The notes below the pieces were generated by a model. That model worked only from the letters and a program-made list of their open reading frames with translations. It made no database searches and was not told where the DNA came from. 64,000 bases of DNA from Catajapyx aquilonaris (Eukaryota): positions 124,001 to 188,000 of the forward strand of contig KZ537968.1 in assembly GCA_000934665.2 (NCBI GenBank). Reading direction: 5' to 3'. Below are positions 55,262 to 64,000 of this stretch, in pieces. Each line of letters starts with the position of its first letter. Positions within the stretch are counted from its first letter, which is position 1. The translations under genes and the position numbers were made by a program.

Positions 55262-57499
55262 GTTGAACGACAAATGAACTTATTCTGTCACTCCTCTGTG
55301 CTTTTGTACTCTCTGCAGGTGTTGAAATATTCGCCACTCTCGCTGGACAAAAATATGTGGTACGGAATTCCTCATTAGGGACAAGCATTTAGGTAATTTC
55401 CCATTGTGTTATTGTTGTATCTGCTCCACTCTTGTCGCTACTGGTTTTTGCTGTTCTACTTGCATTAATTAAATATCGACCTGCTGGCATCATTGTATGT
55501 ATAACATACTGGATGACATTAGACAGATTTGGTCTGCAGGAAAAGGGAAATAACATGTTGTGTAACATTGCATCCACAATGACTTTGAACAACTGCTATT
55601 GGCATTGTAATTTGCAAAGTTCGCTTGTAATTAGTGAAACTTATTAGTCAATCTAACTACTAATTAATTTCACTGGAGAAGTATGGCATTTGGCTATAGT
55701 GAATTTTTGCGTAAGGTTTTTCTGGCAGCATGCCACTCATTTTCACTCGTCATTTTGCACATTGTATGCATTGCTTTCCAATCATTTTGTAGGAATGACA
55801 GCTAATGCTGAGAAATTCTAACGTGTCCGATGTCGTAATTTCACTTGGGAAAGTATGGAAAATTACTGTCCCACTATAAGCATTTCCGCCATTTGTCCAT
55901 GGATTGTTCGGGAATATGAAGCGTGCCCATAAATAATGCTCCCAACTCCATCGAGAGTCGTTCCACTATTGCAAGGGCTCTCTATCGTAAATAAAATAGT
56001 GCCGGAAAGCAATGCTGAACATGCTGGGTTAAATGGACGGGAACCTCCAGACATATGTCACAGAGCAAATCCATCAATGTCTTCGCACTCACGTCCAACA
56101 ATATAACTATTGCATTTGGTGTGTCATGATACACGGTACCGTAATTACTTATGTTAAAAGCTTTACCTTTTTTCGAATATTGACAAAATTGGCACAATTT
56201 ATTTTGATTGCTGAAGTAAGACTAAAATTATTCCACCAGTTTTATTTTTATTTTGTTATCTCGATCCGCATACAGTAAAATTATGTCCAGAGTACATAGC
56301 ACATGTGTGGCACATGTAATAGTGGTTGCTAATTGCTGAGTATATGCTTTGGAAATCCCATGCAGTCAGTGTTACAGTGTTTTCTATTGTCTATTCCAAC
56401 TTTAACTCACGTCAAAAGCCAGCCCAGGCTACTATGAGTCTATTTTTTTTACATGCTCTTTTGTTAATGAACTACGTGTACCTAAAACGGGTACATTTTT
56501 TTTGCAACAAATTACATACAGTTGGAGGCGGTACACATTCGGCACACCGCAAACCACAGCAGGACGTGGAAAAGGTTTTATAGTGCCTACAATTGCCTAT
56601 TTCGTGACTCTGGGAACTGTTTTGCCTATCCTGACTTTTTGGGACTTTTCATACCTATTTAGCCTTTTTTGGGGGATAGTTTTTGAACTTTTTGAATCAA
56701 TTTCGGGACTTTTTGGTCCTATTACGGACCTATTCCTTCATATAGGCAAGGCATTTTTATTTATTTTATTTTATTTATTTATTTGCGGAGTATATTTTGT
56801 GCTCCTGAAAGGACCAAAATCGTTCAGAAGTAATACTATGAATCATGTTTCCGCGACGCATATGCCAAATATTTTTCTAAATTTTCCTGTGATCAGAAGA
56901 ATTTAGAAAAATATTTAGCAACATATTGTGCAAGTGGAAACTGACTATATGCTATATGCTTCCTACAAATAGGCCTACAGTAGGCTCATTTTACTTACTT
57001 TTAAGGCAATATTCAGAGTTTGATATAGCCTTGTGTATACACTACTACATTTTTCAAGTATACCTCCATAATATATTCTCGGGCTGAAATCAATAAAGTG
57101 TGTCTGCCCAATCAAGAATCGACAACAGCCCGTATATTTCCCAGTGCGATAACTAATTCGCATCTCATTGGCCCCACTGCCAAATGTTCCCGCTTCTCTC
57201 TGATTCTATACCAGACCAGGGTGGTCGATCATGCGGCCTTGCTCGGTGCAAAAAAGAACCATCCAACTGCACCTGCTCTGAAGGGTGGCTCCCTCAGCCT
57301 GGGCTTCCCCAAAGCCCCTCAGTCAGAGGGCTGTGTATTTATAAACAGTACACGAGTCCCGTGTGTCATGTCCGCATTGTGTTGGGGAGGGTTCGGTGCC
57401 CAGTGGTATGCATGCGGACGTCAATAAACCACGTTGGGAGGGGTAGCCTCCTACTCTCGAAGGGTCACTCGTCGTGTTGGGTCAGCAACTGAAGGGGCA

Positions 57500-57906
57500 A
57501 TGTGGCCCAGGGTGGTGGTCATCTTCATGGGGCTTAAGCTCCTGTCCGTCGTACCACCACGTTCACATGGTGAGTCCACTGCCCCCACGTTACATGTGCA
57601 TGTACGTTGTATTTGCATGGCTAATTGCGTTTGTTAATTATTACGAATTTGTGGTGCATGTCTTGTGGACGTTGCAATGTGCTGGCTATGGATAGGACCA
57701 GGGGAACCAGTCGAATTGATTTGCCAAATATTGCGTCGCTCCGGAGAGGAGCAAGGACCGGCAAATGCGAAAAAATTGCATGCCAATCTGATCCTGGTAT
57801 TGTTAGACCTTGGCGGTCCTTGCCACCTGAGATCATCGCTTATTTGTGTATCCATTCATACACGAGGAATGCTGGATGGCATATTGACATGGACTTGTGG
57901 GCGAGA

Positions 57907-57972
<66 letters not shown>

Positions 57973-59672
57973 GGCGAATGGCAGGTAGTCTACAGTTCAT
58001 TAATGAATGATACTTTTCATAAAAAAATAACAAGGGAAATATATAAGATGTTAATGTATCCTTCCTTCACAAAAATTGCCCAATATTGGACCGTCCAATT
58101 TTATTACGTGGGTACTATAGAATGGATCACATGGTTAGGGGCACAACAAGCTACAAAAATAACTGCTATCGGGCGATATCAGTTATCACAAAGTGACCCA
58201 CGAATCTGGAACACCCTGTATCTTACCAAAGTAAAAGACTTTAAAAATCATAATCTTTAAAAGAAAATTAAACTCCATGTACTTACGGTCTGCTAAGGCA
58301 TAGACAATCGGTGCACAATTTTCTCATTGAATAGCTGTAGCGAGACTCTCAAGTAGCGTGGTTTTAGTTTTAATAGAATGGGCCATAAAGAGTTGATTGC
58401 TGCTTCGGCCTTAGTGACAAAAAATTGGGAGGGCTTGTAGAAGCTGCCATTACAATAAAAAGTATAGGTACATTAAAAGTACAGGTAAATATCAATTATT
58501 TACTTGCTCTAACAGGTTATAAACTAATAAAATAATAAAATATAAAATATATTATAAAATGAACCTGTGTGAAGGGTTTCCAGTTTTGGGAGAACACTAG
58601 CATCACACTGTTTTTGCCCCCCGAATCCCTCGTTTTGTTTAAATAACTGACTAAAATATATAAAACAGAGTGGGATGGAATAGTACACCTTGCGTAACAT
58701 TCTGATTAAACATTATTGACTGCCGGATGCATATGAACTTGTCACTATTCGAGTTTTGTCAATAATAATTACTGTACATTCAAGAACCTCCTTGTTAATA
58801 CAGTTTAGGCCTACTACTGAGATAAATGTTGTCAGAGAGCTAAGTCCACCACACTATGAAATGCTTCACCCAAAAACCTTTCCATTAAGTGTCAAAGAAT
58901 ATCTGAATTAATCAGCAGAGCGTCATGAGAAGTAATAAAATATTGCGTGTGTGCCCCGTATATACAGTATAGAATAGACTGTAGACAGTGGTTTTATGTG
59001 TGTCCACCATGGGGTGTGACCCTTTGGCATAAGTAATTGCTCTGTAGCTTAATTTTCTCCCATGTGCCTCGACAATTTATGTCAGGTTCGTGTTGCGAAG
59101 ACGTTACGTTCTGTAGTATCTGGTTACTTGCATTGTGATCAGCTGTCAGTTACATTTGTAAAGTATAATGTACCACGCATTGAGGGTTATTTCGATTGTG
59201 TAGTTACACAGCTGTTATTCAAATCTATTTACGCCGCTGTATAATAGATAAGTACATTCACGTTGTATAACTGAATTTTATAATATTTGCAATTTCATAT
59301 ATTTAAAAGCGAGCCAGATTTCTATATATGTATAGATTGTCAGACAATGAGCTAAACTCTTTGCGATTAAATCGGAAGAGAGCAATCTCTCGTTGGCTAA
59401 GAGTTGAGAGTGGCGCCATTTGAAGACTAGACTTGGAATCGATCTGGCGTGGCTCATGTAATTAAATCTCCATTTCCCTAGGATGTTCCTCAGATTCATT
59501 ATGCGAGAGCGAGGAAGGGCATGCTGCATGTCCACCAAGGGAAAGGAGCCTTTCCCGAGGTTTTGTTTCGTTTTGGGGAAATTGGGCTCACGCTGTGGCC
59601 ACTCGCTACTGCTCGAGAACATTCAAAGGATGTAATCCTGTGGGATTTTGTACAGCTGACACGATTAGATGA
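57500..59672 (+). CDS. Tentative 2-exon small secreted cysteine-rich peptide (86 aa)
   Basis: Exon 57500-57569 gives MWPRVVVIFMGLKLLSVVPPRSH(G) with consensus phase-1 donor G|gtgagt. A phase-compatible acceptor ctccatttccctAG ends at 59481, and exon 59482-59672 gives a 62-residue segment with 6 Cys. TATAAA at 57340. No homology recognised. Confidence 0.35.
57908..57970. repeat. (TTA)n microsatellite, 21 units
   Basis: Perfect trinucleotide run seen directly. Confidence 0.98.
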
Positions 59673-60188
59673 CAAGAAGCACCGTTTCCTCGTGTTCTAT
59701 GAGCCAGTGCAGTGGCCATTCATTTATTTATAATGTGCATATGTATCCATTGCATATCCCTTCCAATATTGATTTTATCGGTATCGATAATTTTCAGTGG
59801 GAATTGTTCCTAGAAATATTAGATGAAAAAGTTAAACTCAGTTTTTCAATGTCTGTTTTCTGAGCAGTGAAAATACGAGCTTGCAACTCGCGAATTTGCA
59901 ATTTTCGCACTTTAGATGGCCACATAACGTTAACATTGCAGAGTGTTGATTCTAATTTCGATGGAAATGGCAGCATGCTGATTGCACAGTATCGCAACAC
60001 CACAATAGGGAATTATTGTTAAGCGCATTGTAAATTTTATTAAAATTATAGTTCGTCAACTGACGCCTGACGCTGAGAATTCTTTTACAAGTAAAGCAAA
60101 ATTACCGTAGGATTTCTCTGAAATATTTTTAACAATTATGAACTTGGTGAAATGTCATCCTCTGAATTTGTTTTCATACAGTATAACA

Positions 60189-60417
60189 CAGTGGTTTCCA
60201 ACCTGGGGGTCGCGGGCAGGGTCGCGGGGGGTCGGAACCTTTGTTAAACTTTTTTTTTGCAATTTCTGTATAAATTGGACCATTTTTGCGGCCGTACAGA
60301 GTGTATGTTTTCTGAAAATGGGTCAGTTGTAGAAGGGGGCCGGGGGGAGGGGGGGGGTCGCACATTTATGGAAACATGTTTAGGGGGTCGCAGTTGGTAA
60401 AAGGTTGGAAACCACTG
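60189..60417. mobile_element. Non-autonomous hAT-type DNA transposon (MITE), 229 bp
   Basis: Perfect 16-bp TIRs CAGTGGTTTCCAACCT (60189-60204) and AGGTTGGAAACCACTG (60402-60417). The 8-bp flanks gtataaca and gtatgata match at 6/8, consistent with a degenerate TSD. Repeated subterminal GGGTCG(C) motifs. Confidence 0.85.
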
Positions 60418-63400
60418 GTATGATATGTTAAAATAGACCTACTTTGCATAAAGCCGCTTGTAAAAAGTACAATTTCGGAAAGTGCTGTATGAAAAGTCAC
60501 ATAATGCATTTCTTTCATTTTTCAAGCACTTCAATAACATTTTGTACATTTCACTACTAGACATCTACTAGACTCAGGCTGTACTACTGACATGCCCAGT
60601 CTAGCAACATCGTGTGTGTCAGTTGGCACCGTCAGTTCTATTTTCAGCACCGATGCCTATCATCGGTATGTTTCAGACCTGAAGTCTGCACTCTATCGTT
60701 ATGATGAATAATGAACGTTGTTATTGCGTCTTGCGCTCCAATTTCTTTACACTCTGACTATTGTACGTATTTCGTATAAATGTTGGGACAAACTATCCAA
60801 CCTTACGACGAAATACACCAAGCTGTGCATGGGTGATTCTTTGTGAAAGTCTCAGAAAAGTGCGCCTGGAAGCTAGGCAACAAAGTGTGCACCTGTTACG
60901 GCAGCTTGGCGTTTAAAAAACAGCGTTTTAAAGACGAGGGTTATTTTAAATGTAAATTTTCAAATGAGGGCCTTTATATTTTCTATCTAAAGTACTGTGT
61001 ATACGGTGTGACCGATCAAAGCATAAAAACCGATAGTTGGGAGCACTGTACATACCACCACTTACCAGTAACTCAAAAATAAATGCCATTTTTCCGGCCG
61101 TAACTTCAAATTATCAGTTTTATAAACCGTAACGGCATCTGAAGTATAACTCAAGGCAGCTCAACTTTACAGGCTGTACCGAAACAACGGAATGGAATTA
61201 GACAACCATTGATTTTTGCAATTAGATATTCATGAACCTGGCCCATGAAACGGCAGCATACTGTATATGTAATGAGGGGGTAATAAGCACCATAAGCGAA
61301 GACGCAGGTATATATAGGCCTGAACCACGTTGTACGCTCAATAATTCCACCTTTCATGTTACGGCCCCAATTAGTAACGAACACCAAACTTGTGCCAGGT
61401 AATCTCCGAAATAAACGTACCTTTGAAAATATTTCATATCCGAGCATACTGATAATAGGGCAGACAAAATAATTAGCAGCCTACAGTTTTAAATTTAAAG
61501 CTGCTTTTGCAATAAGATTATAAAAGCTTACATGGCCCCTACTATTTGCTGACGACTTATACAATGAATGACAATTTTTCATATAAGTCGCCCGTCAGAC
61601 AGACCCTTTTGAAATTCGCCAGACTACTGACCCCCCAAAGCCCCTACATAATTTAACAACGATAGATCACGTCCCAAGCACACTTTTTCCCATTTTGAAC
61701 TCCCACGTGGCAACCTGCGTTGAAAAATGCTCATCCATATATTTATGCCTTCTTTTGAAAAATTCTCCAAGCCGCAGAAACCGTTTTGTATGCGCCCCCT
61801 TTTCTCTCACCATCTGGCATAAAGTTGAACCATTTTCCATTATTGCATCCAGCTGCAAAAGATGGCCGCTTGGTTGTTGTCCACGGACGTGATTGGCGTC
61901 AATTGGACTCTAATCGAAAATAGTCCCCCAGTTTGCAGGGCTCAAATGGAAAGCAATTCAAGGCCTGTCGCGCATTTCGTTCCGCTGCGGTCCAAATGAC
62001 TACTGCTGCAGACCCAAATTGTTAAGCCCAGCCCAATATATGACACTTGCACCAGAGGGAGTTTTAATCTGGTCCAAGTTGCTGGCCACTTCTGGACAGG
62101 ACAGTTGGTGCCAGTGAGTTATGACTTGTTGGTAACAGCCGGAGAATTGTCTCGTTTGTGGTGTGGGAAATATTGGTTTCAGAAGCAAAATGTCAACAAA
62201 ATTTTTTAATGAAATTTAAAATAACCGCTTTTTGTGTACATGTTAAAGTTTACATGTCAAATGGTGTTTGACAAACATTTTTTGACGTACGTGTAAACTG
62301 ACATTATTCATGCTCCCCATTTTGAAGGGTGTGGCAGCATGCTTTGAGCTTCTGAAGCCCCCGTAGGGTAAGCGGAAATGCCGTACAAAAAAACACGTCT
62401 GTCGCAGGAAAAAAAAAAAAAGATCGATCCTACAAAAGTCTAGAAATAGCACAACTGCCTTGAAGTGATCTACAATCGACATATATATTTAAAAAAGGAA
62501 GCTGGACACCCACCATTTAGTTCAAGTCAATCGATCTCCTATCAGGCGCCAATTGGAACATTTCTTCGTCTTTCGTTACAAATTGGTCCCCCGTCGAGTG
62601 AGAGACAACCCGAGTCTTTGTGGTTCAAGCACCCGTAAAAGAAGAAGAAGAGAAAAAAAAGGGGGGGTATGGTCTCAGAGGATGAGTCTTTCAAGTCCAC
62701 GGCAATCAAGTCTCTAAAAGGATCAAATTGATGGAGAGGAAACGGGGTCGGGGATCTTAAGAGCTTGAATGGATAGTTTGCATGATTGCTTGATGTTGAC
62801 CAACTAGTGGTTGTCACTTTGTGTTGTATATGTACGCACCCTTATGTGTTGCTTATTTTTGAGGGGTGAAATCGCACTTGATGGGATAAAACCAGTGCTT
62901 ACAAGCTGAATTTTTTACTGGGTGGCAATTGGATATCCGAGGCCAGATGCAATTTAAGAGGGCGTTGGGTTCATGAGTCATTTTGGGTATAGCTATGGTA
63001 AGCAATAAGTTACATGGAAATTTTTCATGAAATGTGAGTTCATTGAAAAACTGTCAGATGTCAATATTGCAATAGCTATGTAATTGCTTGCACAATTTTC
63101 ACCTTCCCATATTGCTATTTGCTGTCAAGCACAACCTGGAATCCTAAGAATCGGCAGGTCATGCCGTGACAGTGACATTGCGAGTAATGATTGACAACCC
63201 AATTAATTATTAAATTGTGCGTACTATCCGATTGTTTTGAATCCAAATTACTAGCGCCAAAAAAAATCGATTGTAACCATGGCCCCTATAGTCAAGTGCG
63301 ATTACTCCGTACCTCAGTAAACCAACATAAGTGTTGCTTGTACAGGATTGGTCCTATTGACACGTGGGCGGAGCTAGTCATCACATCTCTCCCCCACCGG

Positions 63401-64000
63401 CGCCTTTTCCCCTGAGTCTGCTATCGCAGCTAACTGAAAAAAAAACATGCAGTTCACAACAAGAGGCCAAAGGGTTTGGACGTCATGTTGAGGTCTCTGG
63501 TGCACAAGACTAGGCACAAGCTGAGGCCGTAGTTCGCCGTGTACGGACCGTATTCAACCGGACTCTATGGGGGTTGAAAACGGGCTCGGATATGGTGAGT
63601 ACAGTGTATACCATAAGGTATGGATATAATTTGCCTGATTAGACAAGGGCGGTGTCTGGGGAAATCCGGAGAAATATCACAAAAATGTTTGCTGAGATAG
63701 CAAAAAAAAGTAGGTGGAAAGAAAATTGCGAAAAACTCGAACACGGATATAGCATACGCAACATCGCAAGAGGGCACAGCTGACCTCCTTTACAAAAAGA
63801 CCGCTCCTTGCACGCATACAACTCAGGAAAATAATCGTAGAACATATACTCGTCCTGATCTATCTTTAAATAGATTTTTTTTTTAAGAACGCATTTTTGG
63901 CAGTTTGCCGGCCGCAAATTGCTGAAGTGCCGGAGAAAAATAAGGTCGTGGAAGGATCCAACTTCCAACAACCTCAGCGATTTTTTTTTTCTTCTGGTGT

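Noticed and set aside
56502..56906. 134-aa hydrophobic, membrane-protein-looking ORF
   Set aside because: It arises from T-rich sequence with recurring gggactttt/cctatt motifs, which looks like a repeat remnant; it has a non-ATG start and no splice support.
58205..58221. ctggaacaccctgta, resembling a Tc1/mariner-type terminal repeat
   Set aside because: I found no partner inverted repeat nearby.
57625..58260. 211-aa ORF with poly-Ile, and the overlapping poly-Leu ORF
   Set aside because: The hydrophobic run is the translated (TTA)n microsatellite; the rest shows no protein-like features.

Overview
Eukaryotic genomic DNA, intron-rich and most likely from a non-Drosophila arthropod (inferred from the moladietz-type DUOXA sequence and the presence of calpain-7). 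I built the gene models by hand from GT-AG junctions with consistent intron phases. (1) A 9-coding-exon dual oxidase maturation factor gene (DUOXA/moladietz, +, 17771-42148, about 555 aa) with a long Ser/Arg-rich cytoplasmic tail. (2) A 4-exon divergent cytosolic-type Hsp70 (+, 45655-48118, about 607 aa) that lacks the C-terminal EEVD. (3) Calpain-7/PalB (+, 49031-52790, about 825 aa, intact C/H/N triad), preceded by an ETS-CRE and YY1-type promoter. (4) A convergent 5-exon gene for a secreted protein (-, 55261-53600, about 348 aa) with a CUB domain followed by a Pro/Thr/Tyr repeat. (5) A tentative 2-exon small secreted 6-Cys peptide gene (+, 57500-59672). The window also holds a hAT-type MITE, two trinucleotide microsatellites and a degenerate tandem repeat. 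The first 17 kb has no coding sequence I can recognise. I found no prokaryotic-type systems, CRISPR arrays or structural RNA genes. The best novelty candidates are the CUB/YxY-repeat protein, the EEVD-less Hsp70 and the orphan Cys-rich peptide; all three need external confirmation.
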